A stretch of DNA of 58,635 nucleotides, filler included, from Sphacelaria rigidula (GCA_964200075.2; 5 parts of 5 records of this genome joined end to end with filler, not necessarily neighbours in it), one strand, 5' to 3'. Positions 23,993 through 37,212 are shown, counted from the whole stretch's first letter. Made by a program: numbers and translations. The notes: generated from the letters alone by a model not told the origin.

Positions 23993-26028
23993 CAACAAGA
24001 ACAACAATTGCTCGATCCTATGGTGTGGTGTGCTGTACGGTGTAGCACTGAAATGCTGTTACGTACTCTCATACACGATGGTACTGTAGGGTAAGATATT
24101 GGGCTGACTGTTGTGAAATCAGTCGATGCACTACCCTAAATTTTCCCCTGTCCCTTAGGTGGCGTCGTTCATGGGGTGCAGATCATAAGTCCCCAACGGA
24201 GGTGCGTACGACGTTTTGTGATAGTTAGGTTCATTGAAATGATGAAGTCATGGAAATGCTCACAGGGGACAAAAAATCGTAGGCGTGGTTATTGAAAATA
24301 TCTAGCCGAAACTGCTCACATTTCGGGAATATTTTGGGAATGTTTTCAGAATGTTTCAGAAGTGTCCGTTTTCTTGTAGAATTTCTACGTTAAATCGCCC
24401 GCTACCCACCACAACCACGATGTACTCTCTCGTACACATCGCCCGCGACGTAAACGGGGCGCTACAGTATCATTGAGCAGACGTTACGCCATGGCCGTGA
24501 GGGTAGCGCTGGCCTTTCCGCCAGGCAACTCGAGGTTCCTTAATGGCGCTCTAGGTCCGCTCACCGAACCCTACGGTGTAGGCGCCGAGTACCCGACACA
24601 ACTGCAGAAAAACTGCAAAACTCAGAAAGAAGACATCGAGGAGCTCAATCTCTCAAACAAACGTTGGAGTGGGCGACCGTGGCTTTTTTCTCAAACAAAG
24701 GCCGCGGCGCCGCGGACGGTCAACAACCTGAATCGGTATTTTTTGTACGTTTCATCCCCCACCGGCGCACATAATAAGTGCGGCCATTCCCGGGCCAACT
24801 GTGTTTTTCGGCCATTCGCCTACGTAGGGTAGTGCGCACAAGGAACAGGCCTTCAGCTGAAAAAATGTCGAAAGTTTCATGAGCATGATCGCTATATGCA
24901 CAAGGCGAGCTTAAGGGTCCGTGTAAACATGACCGACTTCATTTCATTTATGGCACAGAGGAAGGACATAAAGCACTAACTGCGCTCTGTATTGCGCTGT
25001 GAAATCTGCTCACATCATCCACGTACCTACTGCACGCCCTCTTCACAACATGAAATATACCACACTGTTCACGCAATGTCAATGTCGGAATTAGCCTGTT
25101 CGCATGAAGCAAACTGGACAAAAACCTATTTGCCACAGGCCGCTGGCAGAACTACGTGGGTGAAAAAATTCAAGAGTAGCTCTCGGCCGTCAGGGGATAT
25201 TAGAAGGTCAACATGTAGTAGTGCACGAGGTAGACTAGGTAGGCGTTTGGTTTTTGCGGCACCCATGCATTTGCCGCCGCTGCCCGGTAGTCCAGTCCAA
25301 GTGGTGCAGCCGACACCAGTTCATTCGAAACAATGTGCGGGTTCAATTCTCGGCAGACGCTATCCGGTTTTCATCTGATATCCGACAAGTACTGTTAGAC
25401 ATGCTAATCGAGGCCAAAACATCTAGGAAATGATTCAAAAAGTGTGTAGCATCTTCCTGTTGGAAAATCGCACAAGCCAATGAGATGGGAATGATCCCGC
25501 TCAGTTAAACGGCGAGGAAGCGAATGGGCCGCCCGGTCGGCTGGGAAAGAAGCGCAGAAGGCCATTTACACCCATGACAAGCACACCTCCCTGCTGCATT
25601 GCATCGCCCGTACGGTCTGTTTATCATTCATTTTTGAACTGTGACAATGCAACACAGATGACCCACCCTGAGGGTGCCCGTCTGTATGGGTCGAGCCAGA
25701 GCAGATCGAAATCGCACAGTATAGGGCAGCAGTATAATGCTTTATACCACAGTACGGTGTTGTCTTGTCTCTCCCACCCGTTGCGTTCGTTCGGTTTGTC
25801 GACTGGTATCACCCACTAGGGATGAGATTGCACCAAGCCCTCCGACACCGTCATCCCTTCCTGCCTCCAGTTGCAAAAAAAAGTTCTTGGGCTGCGGTGA
25901 GCATTCGTTTTTGAAGCAAATAGTACGCCAACACAAACACAACTGACCCATCATGAGGTGGCTGCTGTCTGTGTAAATAGACAAAACCGAAGTGCACCGT
26001 ACAGCACAGCACAATCAGTACGGTACAA

Positions 26029-26551
26029 TGTTATTTTCTCTGTGCCCCCCACCGCGTCCCTCCCTTCTTCTGTGGGTATCGTCGCAGTGCTGCCCTAGAA
26101 GCGAAAGGGGGGATACGACGTAGGTAATGTGAGTGTTCAGGGGGGGGGGCATGTGCTCGATTTCGGCTTGTGACCTCCCTCCACGAAGGATGAGGGGAGT
26201 GAAGAACACGTCTGGGCGACCTCTTTGTCGGAAAGGAGTATCGGTCCAAGTTGTGAGTGGGATTCGAGAGTATCGGATTACTCCTTTGGAGAGCGTCACT
26301 CTTCCCCCCCGCTCTCGTAAAGTGACACTTGATCGCCAGGGTGGTGTCTAGTGTTCACGTTTCAAGTAAAAAATCTCTGGAGACGGTCGCCTCTTCATGA
26401 AATAACCGGCTCTACAGTTGATCTCTCCGACGGCCGGTTGGATCATCTAGGTTTTGCATTCATTTTTCAAGTGACAAGTATGTCGATACAACATATGCCC
26501 GACCCTGGGGTGAATGGAGGGTGAGTTACACCTGTCCGTGTATGCACGACA
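26029..26551. mobile_element. possible solo LTR
   Basis: TGTTA...CGACA flanked by direct 5-mer TACAA (26024-26028 and 26552-26556). Confidence 0.35.
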
Positions 26552-28803
26552 TACAAGCTCAAGTCGCAGCGGACGGAGGGTGTAGAGGCGGTACGGCGAA
26601 CATGGCGGTGCCAGTACAATCGTCACCATAATGTTGTTTACTCCATACACGCCATGCTCTTAACCTTGGGTTCCTTTTGTGGCTGTGTACAGAAGCGGCG
26701 GGGCTCTCTTCAACAGAAAATGTCTGAGTGTATCATATTTGCACATGCGCACGCACCTAAGTAAAGTTACTCCGCGACCGATTTAAACCTGCTCTCGACG
26801 TTTGCCCCGGAGCCCCTTTTGTATTTATTGGGGACGGTGCGTTGCTCAGGACATACTCCATTGAGGGATAGGTTTTATCCGGGCGGTTCTCCACGGTTAC
26901 GTGCGCGATTCGAGCGCCGTTTGTTGCGTTGGGTGCTCACAACCCCAATGCATTGCACTACAGCCCCCATTTCAGGGCGCGTCCCGCGTTCGGATCAGTA
27001 AGCCGCAAATTACATTCAAATTATATATATATTTCAGGTTTAGAGTGTACGCCTTTAACACAGGAGAATAAGACCGCGGCTATGAGCTGCGTGTGGATAG
27101 TCAGTAACAGGGTGTAGGGTGTGAACAGGGAGGGTGTTGCCTGCGCGCGATGAACCCGTAGAGGGATTTAATTGTAAAAGCAAGTGTGTTTGAGCGGAGC
27201 ATCACAGGACATGAAAGTACTTTTTTTTTTGGCCTGTGACCGTTGTGATTACCCCGAACAGCCCATCCACTTTTTTTGCCCTGATTAGCATGTCTAAGGC
27301 CGTGTCTTATCAAATGCTATTCGACTCGAAAACATGCGGTCGAATCGAATTGGTCGCTACGAGGCCGTATCAGATACGTCCACGGCGTTCATGTTCCCAG
27401 ATGGCTTCAAGTCCATTTTATAATTGGTTGCGCGCAACGGACAGGATCAAAAACAGAAAAAGCTTAGCTTTTTAGAGCGAAACGAACGACGGAATTAACG
27501 AAGGGGTATGTGACTTCTGTGTTGCAGACAACCGTGCCAGATACTATCCTTTCACAAAAATACGCAAAACCCAGTTCATTCGCAGCTACCTACTCAACCG
27601 TGCGGCATAGATCATGAACTGAGCGCAGGGATATATACTGTAATCCTACGGTGATGGAGGACCGACACACCACACGTTTGGCATGATGTTTTTCTTCTTG
27701 TTCGCGAAAACTTGGGCATCTAATTTTGTGGTAGGGTGCACCGACTGAGTCGCGTGTTGGGGCGGGCGATCGAATTGCCAACGCGCTCATGGACAGGAGA
27801 GGCGGTGCAAAACTGCTCGTATTTCAAATCTGCACTGTATCCTCCTGTATGCAGAGAGTCAGAAAGCTGTGCTGTCTGTATGTCGCGTTGCCCGCTTCTT
27901 TTCCACATCGCGCCCGCATGCTGTGCGAAACAACACACACTATCTACCATCTACACAACAACTGTAACTGTAACAGTACAGGCCGTCACTGTTGTACAGT
28001 CTGTACTGTCTGTACTGTCTGTACCGTACTATTTAAGTAAAGAAGTACCGTTTCACGAAGTTCACTCAGCGTTTTCGATCCAAAGCGTACAAATTCGCTC
28101 GGACCCAGACATAGCAACGCGAAGTGGGTCAGTTCCGCCGCAAGAACTCGTTCGAGTCGAAGAAAATTTGATAGGACACGGCCTAACTGTAGCTGATTTC
28201 TGTCTTCGAAAATGTAAGGGTGAGTGTAGCAAAGGAAGTTGATTTTACGAGAGTCGACGTGGTGCGGGAATTCTGATTTCATCCGCGATTCCAATATGTG
28301 AGGGGTGTACCGGAGAAGAGACGGGTCGATCCCTTGAGACCACGGTATCATCCTGAACGAGGGAAGGGATTCAACATTTGACAACACATGTATCCATATA
28401 AATAAATATAACGCCCATCAAGCGTGACGCGCAGGCGATACCTCCTACCAGCCCTCTTCAGCTTATCCTGTCTTCCCTTGGGAGTGTTATTCGCATGTTG
28501 TGCACCAGCACAACCCATACGAAGCATGCGAGCACAGTGCAGCAGCCGCTCCCGACGCCGGCTGCTCGCTCATCTACGGGTGATTTCAGCATAGTCCACA
28601 ACGTTGCCTTGTCCCTGGTCGCCGCACACGCTCGTCCATATTGTGTTTATTTTTATTTTTTCCCAATGCACCAATCCGATGCATGTGGAAAACGACACAT
28701 TTGGAGCTGTTTGTTTTAAACACTACGCCCGGCCGCACGCAACGACCTCCCCACCCCCCCCCATTTTCCCGTGCGATGAACACGCCTGCATCATATGTAT
28801 CAG

Positions 28804-29126
28804 CTCCGAGGCATCACACCTGCTGCAGCGCAACAGCAACTCGCTGCGGCAGCCTCTGTATAGCGGAGCTGAGAGGGATGTGTCTTTCCGCGATAATGCG
28901 GCGCGAACGCCCCTGGGGAGCGCCGCCCCATCTCCCATGTTGCAACAGCAACTTTCTAGAAGATTTGGGGTCAAGCCACCGGCGCCCCTGGAGAAGCCCG
29001 AGGATATGAAGAGCAGGGTGTGGCTCTATGCATTGCTCGGTGTGGTGGGCTACTTGTGCACGGGGGTGATCGTGTACTCAACCGTATCTGGCATGGGTGT
29101 GCTTGATGCCCTGTACTTTTGCGTAG
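28804..29126 (+). CDS. K+ channel (TPK/K2P-like) exon with TM1 and start of pore helix (...LDALYFCV)
   Basis: cag acceptor, GTGAAG donor phase 1; hydrophobic TM and DALYF pore-helix motif. Confidence 0.85.
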
Positions 29127-30073
29127 GTGAAGAATCGTGGTGGTAGCGTACACTTGATCCGCACCGGTGTCGTACTGTAGAAATTGCGTATAGTACGTTT
29201 CTGTGTTGACTCTTCCGTAGTCGTGGAGGGCCCTCACCATGCAAGACTTGTGCATACATACTTTGTATGTGGGGAGCGTTCAAAATACGCATGCGCAATT
29301 AAAGTATGACGCCTTTTTCTTTCTTCTCGTGAACTGAGTGTGCTGTAATTTCATCTTGACATTCCGTATCGGGGGTCTTTACCGCAAAAGTCGTGCACGA
29401 GGACATGAGTGCCAACCTTCCACCAAACACTTGATGTTTGCCAGCGGGTTAAAATGTACTGCAGTAGAACAACCTAAAACAACCCCTCAAAATAGTTATC
29501 CTTTCAAGATCTGAGGACGGTTCTCCCGAAAGTACAGCCTGTTCAAGGGCTGGCCGTTACAGTTTTTCATGACTGATATTATTAAAGACCGAAATACGCG
29601 TGGCCAACGCGTGGGCGTTAGAGCGACCTCGATCACTCTGGTTCGGGCCGAATGCGTGTATGTAAACACCACGCTGAGGGTAGCATACGCGATGTCCTGG
29701 TCGTTGGAGAGTTTGTTTTGCGATTTACTTTCGATTCCTGGTGTGGTGATGCCACTTCAAGGACACTGGGAGCGTGCATCACGATGATCTTCAGTTCTTG
29801 AAAGGGCTACTGTCATATATTTCCCATTATGCTGCTGCTTGATCGCAAATGCTTATATATTGTCAATCTGCCGTGCATTTAACCGCCTCTCTTTCAGGGG
29901 GTGGGTCTGTAGTCTCCAGGAAACCAACCTTCCTCTCCCCCGGCACGTGACGTTTCATGTAGTCGACGGCATTTGATATTGACTATCAGCACTTCAGCAC
30001 TCCCGCAGCCCGTCAACTTTTCAACTTCTATATTTTTGCTCTTATTTTTGTTTATCTTGTCTCCCGAGATCAG

Positions 30074-30216
30074 TCACGCTCACCACAGTGGGATATGGCG
30101 ACCTGAGCGCGCACAAGACTGGGACCAAGATCTTCGCATGCTTCTACATTTTGGTGGGGGTGGCCATGGTGGGCGCCTTCCTCGCGCAGCTGGTGGAAAT
30201 GTTGCTGAACCGACAG
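30074..30216 (+). CDS. K+ channel exon with selectivity filter VTLTTVGYGD and TM2
   Basis: In-phase splice gives YFCVVTLTTVGYGDL...KIFACFYILVG; donor probably GC at 30217 (alternative GT at 30235). Confidence 0.92.
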
Positions 30217-30492
30217 GCGAGCATAATGAGAGCGGTGGTTATTTTTTGTCCATTCAGTAAAATCTCTTCTCATGTTGAGTTCGCGTTCAAGTTTTGAGAG
30301 GGAAGGTTTCCTTATAACGAAAATCATACAATACTATGGCGTGTACGATCGTGGCGGAAGCGTGCATTCATTGCTAGTACACGTTCTGTTCGACTTTTTT
30401 TTTGTATGTTCCTTCTTTTCTTCAGCGAGTACTTCAGCCTAGCTTTTCTTGGGTTCGTCTATCATGAGACCACAGCTGGACCGCTGGGGGGG

Positions 30493-30561
30493 GCGTACTC
30501 ATTTGTTGCTTGCCTTAGTCGTTTGACCAGTGACCACGCATCCCTTTCGAGATGGAGCAAC
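30493..30561 (-). mobile_element. 69-bp LINE 3' stub with 12-bp TSD CCGCTGGGGGGG, inserted in a (CAAT)n-tail repeat
   Basis: TSD at 30481-30492 and 30562-30573. Confidence 0.85.
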
Positions 30562-33259
30562 CCGCTGGGGGGGCAGTTGAAGTACGACAACCAATCAATC
30601 AATCAAACAATCAAAGAATCAATCAATCAATCAATCGAAATACATACCAACAACTTGGGCATGGCACATCACGAAAGATTGAGAAAGTAACGCGTGGTAT
30701 ACCATAAAAAACGGAGGGTTCCTCGTCTTTTCCTTGTACCTACCGTGTAAATAATGATCCGCTGCATCACTATGCTGCCATGGTAATCGTGGAGGTGGCG
30801 TTATCGCTACCTTAATCCCTTGGGATTCGGACGGTGTTCGGCGACTGTGGCCGTGTAACCAAGCGTTGAAGTCCATCCACCGTGATCCTTACTACTCGCT
30901 GTTGAGTGTGAATTTCGATGTTGTCAATGCCAGCGTCCCGTCGTTCTCGTCTCTGCTTGTCCCAGCTTCAACAGCCGTAAGAATCAGCACGCTACCGTCG
31001 ATATCGCACGCCCAACGGTTCGCCAGTGTAGGTACTGATTTGACATTCGTAGAGCGAACGGTTCAGTAGGCGGCCGTACTTTGATATGTGTTGTGCATGT
31101 GCACTTGCACTGGCGGTACGAATATAATGCTTGAGGACATGGTCAGAGTCTGAGAGAAGGAGATGGCTCTACATCAAGTATGTTGTGCGTTTTAGCAATG
31201 TCCTTACTTCACAGGAGAGCTACCTACTGTTTCGAGATCTGTCCGATCACTGAATGGGAGACCATACCACAGACACCGTGTTCCCGAAGCTTGGGTATGC
31301 ACCAATGCATACGCCCCGTTTGCACGTTCTGCCACATACACCCTTGATGTGCCCGTGTTTGGTGAGTGTGTCGCACCTTGGGTAGTGATGGTTTTTGGCT
31401 GGCCTTGACCGCAACCCTCCTGAAGGCACACGAGGTGATTGCGCGTTGATGTATATCCATGTTTTTGGCAATGCGGAACGCCTCGTTACCTCAAGTTGAA
31501 TGCACAAAAGCTCTTGTAAACGTTGTCCTCGCGGGGTAAATATTGATTCGGAGCGCACCAGCCTTATGATATCGTGTTGGTATTAGTATGGCCTTTCATC
31601 CTCAGAAGCGTCCGCACATAGAATAACGCACCAGAGCTTGAAATGACCGCGATTGTCTCTCGGCTCTCTGGTTGTTCGTGCGTGACTGTTTCGGCGTTTG
31701 CGGATAGCGCGGGAAGTCATGGGTACTCCTATACCCGCAGGCCAGTTGCTCTTGGCCAGTGACTCCATGAAACAGAGCGTTCGTACTGAATTGGACTTCC
31801 CTTAGTTTTTTCCTTATATAGTATATATATATATATATATAGAATATTCCGAACTCACGAGCGTGCAGCATTCTTTGTAACGAGGCGTCCACGAGCTTCA
31901 GTGCTGATTTTAGTGTCCGAGCTCCTCCGCATCCACCCCGAGAGATAACTCTTCGGGCCAATGCCAATGTTAGGGGTCTATTGCCCGGATTTGTGCTAGA
32001 GTTTGGGTCGGGGGGTACACAAGCGTTCGAGACCGTTCGGACGGGCGCATGATTGCGGTGGTCCTGCAATGTTTCCGGCGGTTTATACTGGAACGAGTGT
32101 GTTATATCCGCACCCGCCCGCACACGACCTTCTGTATATATTTTGAAATTTTGCAGTAATAATAGTATATTCAAAGTATAGGATCTAAAGTAGGTGATAT
32201 TTGGCGATGTAGGCACAACATCTGCGTTTACTCTGCAGCTCAGTGGTGGAAACGCTCTTGGCAGCAGTGCCGGCGGGGGTTCGATAGCTGTGTAAGCTGC
32301 TCTTTTTTGCTCGTCGGGCATGAGTAAAACACTGTTCCTGTAAACCGGGAGTCCTCGGCATGTGAGTGTTTACTGTAGGTGGAATATGAAATTCTAGATG
32401 TACAAGACGTCGGTATTGGTTCGAACCCTGCGTCGGCTACATGATCGTTGCTCGTGGTGCGTGAGCAGAACACTGTTCTTCACACCGGGAGTCGAGTTCG
32501 AGTCCTGAGTCGAGTATTTTCTTCCTGCTGGTGGTGCCGTAGAAGAACACAGTTTTTCTACACCGGGAGTCGATTTAGTTTTCCATTACAATCTTCGCGC
32601 ACTTTTCCTCATCGTTCATATCCGCGGTCCGATTCCTCATCGTCTCGAAAATTTTGTTCCCATCATCATATTATCCCTTCCCACTTTCCTGTAAACAAGC
32701 ACAAAAACCTCGAAGGCATCGGTGCGAGCAGAGGGAATGCTACGACATATCGACCGTTGCCCTCTTTCTCAGTCGCGCTGCAAATTTTTTCCTATGCACT
32801 TTTCCTCATCGTTCCACCCGCAATCCAGTACTCTTTATCGTATTGTTTCTTCCGTATGATTGATTGATCGATTGATTGATTGATTTGATTGATGATTGTC
32901 GCACTTTAACTGACCACCTATGGGTCCAGCCGTGGTCGCATCATAGACGTGCCCAAGAGAACCAAAACTGAAACTCTCCTTCAAGAAAATCAAGGAGCAG
33001 AAAAAAGTTGAGCAAAACGACATAGTAGACTCAGACGTAAAAAATGTGATGATGATGAACAAAGAAAATATCAACGAAAGCAAAGCACAGAAAGAGATGG
33101 CCGACCTGAGAAAAAAAAGGGAGCAGAAAAACAATGGAATCAAGTAACTGAAAAAAAAAAAGGGAAAATCCTAAGGGATTCGGGGCAGCAGACTAGATAC
33201 AGACACACCAGTGGGCACCGCAGCGCCACCGACTAAGAACATAAAATTGTAACCGAGAA

Positions 33260-33529
33260 TCATTTCTCACCAGAGCATGGCAGGGCAAGAATACCGCGAC
33301 CCTCCAAGAAGGCGGGCGGGACCGGGGCGCTCTAATGCCTTAGGTACCCGCTTTTGCTCGTCGTTCATACCCGCAATCCTGGAGGAGTTTACGTGTATTT
33401 TTGTTTATATGCAAGATGAACATTTCGAAAGAGGATCTATCCTCACGAGGGCTTGGCAAGGCGAGAATACCGCGACCCTCCAAGAAGACGGACGGGACCG
33501 GGGCTACCGCCCCGGTCCCGAACGGCTTG
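33260..33529 (+). mobile_element. two tandem ~100-bp Helitron-like elements (33260-33360, 33436-33529)
   Basis: A|TC start, GC-rich subterminal hairpin CGGGACCGGGGC/GCCCCGGTCCCG, end CTTG|T or CTCG|T. Confidence 0.5.
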
Positions 33530-34557
33530 TATAAATATATATTTTCAGTTGTTCTCTTGTGCTCGAGTACCGTTCAACAGGTCTCACCTTTTCTGTACCG
33601 TGGGTTAGTCTACTATGCGACAATGAATGAATGAATGGATCATTTAATCAGTAAATCGATGAAAGAGAGAGTAGTCCACACTCCTAGAAAAATATGCTTT
33701 CAAGCGTCGTTTTGTGAGCTTGGTGTGTCATAGAGTATGACGATCAGAAAACCTCAAAAAAGTGTCGCATCGCTATGTTCGCCGACACTCGTGCCTATAG
33801 GTAGCTATACATCTCTTGAGGTGAGCAAATGCTCGTCCTCAAGACCAACGAGGAGAGCATGATCCGGAGAACCTGCTAACAGCCGTTGGTTCTCGAAAGG
33901 GTTGCGAAGATGGTGAAGCTGACTTTTTTTTTCAAATTCGAGAATCGATTAAAACTACCCGGTGTGCGTGACGGGCTGGCGATTGATTTATTCTCATAAT
34001 CGAGTGGACGATTATGGTGCGGCTCCCGTAGCCCATTTTCGTTTCACAATGGCTACGTTATGCCTGCCTCCGGGCATCTTTCTCTCCCGTATTTAGTCGA
34101 TTTTCGGTCGCCTGGTTGTTTTTGCAAGAACAAAAGATACCGGAAAAGCACAGAATCGAACACGGAACTAGTTTCTTCGGTTCAAGTTGGTTCCCAAATG
34201 TCGCTGCACCATGTGCTGTCGTTCGTCGAAGGTCAAACACTCTGTGTTTTTGCCTGTTTTCAGCTGAATGGTGCTAGTCTACATGGGTTGATTGATTTTC
34301 GAATTTCACCAGTGCAACATTTTACTGATTGTTGGAAGGCATACCCTTTCAGTCAGTTTGTGATATTGCGAAAACAAACGCCACCGATACACTCGGAACA
34401 GATGATACTGGCGTATCTGAATAGGTGGGGCCACTTTCGGATTTGAAAGCATGACGTGCTTCATTCGTTGGGAGGAGCACACTACCTTGTCTTTTGTGTT
34501 GAAGTGCTGTATTTTCGTGTTATTTCTATTTCCGTCGATCTTCGCCTTTTTGTGAAG

Positions 34558-34680
34558 GAACAAATGCTTCTCATGATTGTGGACGAGTTGGCGGACATGA
34601 CGGATGAACAGGAGGCGACCAACGCCAACACGGCAAGCAATGGGCTTGGTCAGAGCAGATCAGGTTCTTCCAAAATCAAG
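34558..34680 (+). CDS. K+ channel exon, cytosolic linker (EQMLLMIVDELAD...SSKIK)
   Basis: Pyrimidine tract plus aag acceptor, GTGACT donor, 123 nt phase 0/0. Confidence 0.7.
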
Positions 34681-35090
34681 GTGACTGCTGAGCGTGAATG
34701 TACGTGCTAATCCATGCCAATATTAATAGTATCTGGGCGCACTATTGTACTCACCTTGCGATTTTGAAGCATGATTATACCGGATCGTTTTTATTTTTAA
34801 TTTCACGGGCATGTTAGTTGTAAGACGATTCTGTAGTAGTTGCACTTCAAGCAGCTGATATCTCCGAGTATCTTAGTTGTCTAATCTGTATCGCTCGCGC
34901 TTTTGTGAACGTTTGCAGCTCTTGCATAACCAGTTGAACGTATCGCAAACGGGCTGTTGGGCGGATAGTCGACACAGGTTTTATTGGAGTGACGACGTCG
35001 GTAAAAGCAGGAAGATTTGGGGTTGAAAAGACTGGCCCACGCGCCTTTTTTGCTTTTTTCTGTGTCCTCTTTTCACCCCCCCCCCCCTCC

Positions 35091-35144
35091 TTGGTCAATG
35101 GTCAAACGACTAAGACAAGCAACAAATGAGTACGCCCCCCCCCC
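35091..35144 (+). mobile_element. LINE 3' stub between C-runs
   Basis: TGGTCAATGGTCAAACGACTAAGACAAGCAACAAATGAGTACGCCCC. Confidence 0.8.
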
Positions 35145-35244
35145 NNNNNNNNNNNNNNNNNNNNNNNNNNNNNNNNNNNNNNNNNNNNTTAATTAATTAA
35201 NNNNNNNNNNNNNNNNNNNNNNNNNNNNNNNNNNNNNNNNNNNN
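35145..35244. other. artificial contig linker
   Basis: N44-TTAATTAATTAA-N44. Confidence 0.97.
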
Positions 35245-36452
35245 GATGCGAGGTCAATGGTCTTATGACTATGGCATGCATGATCATGAGTACACCCCCC
35301 CCTCCCCCCCCAGATATCTCAAGGATACATATTGAATCTTGCCACTTGATGAGCTCGATCTGCCGTAAAATTTTGCTCCATGCGAAGTGTATCTTGCGCG
35401 AAGGCAAAATCCGAACGGAGGTGAAGCAAGAATGTGTGAACGTACTCGCAATGAACGATTTCGGATCGGACTGTTCGAGCGCGCTATTGGATTCTGAGAA
35501 GATCTTGATGAACATCTTCAGGGTTCGGCCGTCTGTCATACTTATTACACTCTGAATTTTCAACCAAACATCGAAGCTCGTACGCCATGGTGTTCGGGGG
35601 ATGTTCTTGTCCAGTGCATCTCACGTAATAGACGAAGGTTAAGGTTGCTTTGAGATCCCCGGTCGTTTTACCTGATTGAGAGGGCAAACAAAAGGTGGGT
35701 ATGCAGCCTTATTTGCTTGTATCCTTTCTCGTAGACGTACTCTCACGACACGCAACACACCCTCATCGAAGGGGTGCACCTCAACCGGAAATCACTGTGC
35801 CTAAAAAGCTTGGGAAAGAATATGTATACTGGCATGAAGTAAACCTTTCTCCCAAAAATCATACCAGGAGCAATTTTTACCTGATCATGAAAAAAACATG
35901 TTTAATTCCAAGCGTCCCGATATCATACTGACGCCCTCAAACCCTCGAGGAGAAAACGTCAATTTGCGCCCTCCCCAAAACCCGCAAAACTGTATCATAT
36001 GTTGGCACCTCAATGATGTGTGTCCTGGCGGGTGTTATCTCTCTTTGCATAGTATCGTGCACCTGGTACGTTGCGGTACCTCTATCTTGAGCTTTGCGGA
36101 GGTTGGGGTGGAGGATTCTGTGAGTGTGTGTGGAGGGAGTGGTTTCTTTCATATCATGCGCCACAGAACAATGGAGAATGACTCCATCTATTTCGCGAGC
36201 GCACGATATTCACCAGATGGGATCCCCTCCCTCATCCTCACTTCCCTCGACCTGCCCCCCGAAGCATCAAATGACTACGCTCGGAGCCTTGGTGTCTTTC
36301 TTCGAGTGTAAGGAGTTCGTTGATGCAGTGACTTTGTGACCTAACCCCGCACCGAGAGTAGGGCGTCTTGCATCTAGAGTTCTCCGAACTGTCGCCCCTT
36401 TCGCCTCCGCTGCGTCCTCAGTATTATCGCGCATATTGCCCCAAAGCCGATC

Positions 36453-36819
36453 GCCCCGGTGGCTCAGTTGGTAACCGCAGAACCTTCTGACGGTTGGGTC
36501 GTGGGTTCGAGTCTCGGTGCAGTCACACGATCTGGGATTCCTTCTCACACAGTCCTCAACCATGGAGAGCGGCTATGTCGTGGGTACACAAAATTCGACT
36601 TGATGGTGGACGAGGGAAAGGAACTGCTGAACCCCTCTCGCGACAAAAAAAAGTCAGGCACCGCAGAAGGAAGGTGGACAACTAAAACAAACAAAAAAGG
36701 AAAAAGAAAAGACTCCTATGTTGATCTTCCTCCTGTGTGACCCCGGCTGGTGCGCCCACATATACCGAAACGTGTAGACCGGCGTTCAGGATAAATGGGA
36801 CGACAACACACACACACAC
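36453..36819 (+). mobile_element. tRNA-derived SINE with (CA)n tail
   Basis: A-box GTGGCTCAGTTGG, B-box GGTTCGAGTC; body shared with 37742-38105(-), 47098-47394(+) and 11580-11648(-). Confidence 0.85.
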
Positions 36820-36952
36820 TTGCCCCTACAGATGATTGTATCCTAGCAATGATTGCATCTCCAACGTTATTGTCAGATTTACTCATCGTCGCCTGAAGCA
36901 TCAGCTGTACGGCAATCGTTGCCAGATCCGAACGGCGGATATCGTTCGCCAG

Positions 36953-37212
36953 CTTGAGGAACTACGTCCTCTACAAGTGGCGTCGGTACTTTCCCATCAG
37001 TCATAGTAAGAACTAATGCGTACGAAACTGTCGACAGTGACGCTAGCGTGTTGTTGATCAAATCTGGCTTCAGACGGCTCACCTTGAGGAACTACGTCCT
37101 CTACAAGTGGCGTCTGTACTTTCCCATCGGTCATAGTAAGAACTAATGCGTACGAAACTGTCGACAGTCACGCTAGCGTGTGGTTGATTAAATATGGCCT
37201 CAGACGGGTCAC
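36953..37212. repeat. ~130-bp tandem duplication
   Basis: CTTGAGGAACTACGTCCTCTACAAGTGG...CAGACGG occurs twice. Confidence 0.9.

Noticed and set aside
36453-36530. Functional tRNA gene
   Set aside because: Stems are degenerate and it is attached to a multi-copy body with a (CA)n tail, so it is a SINE head.
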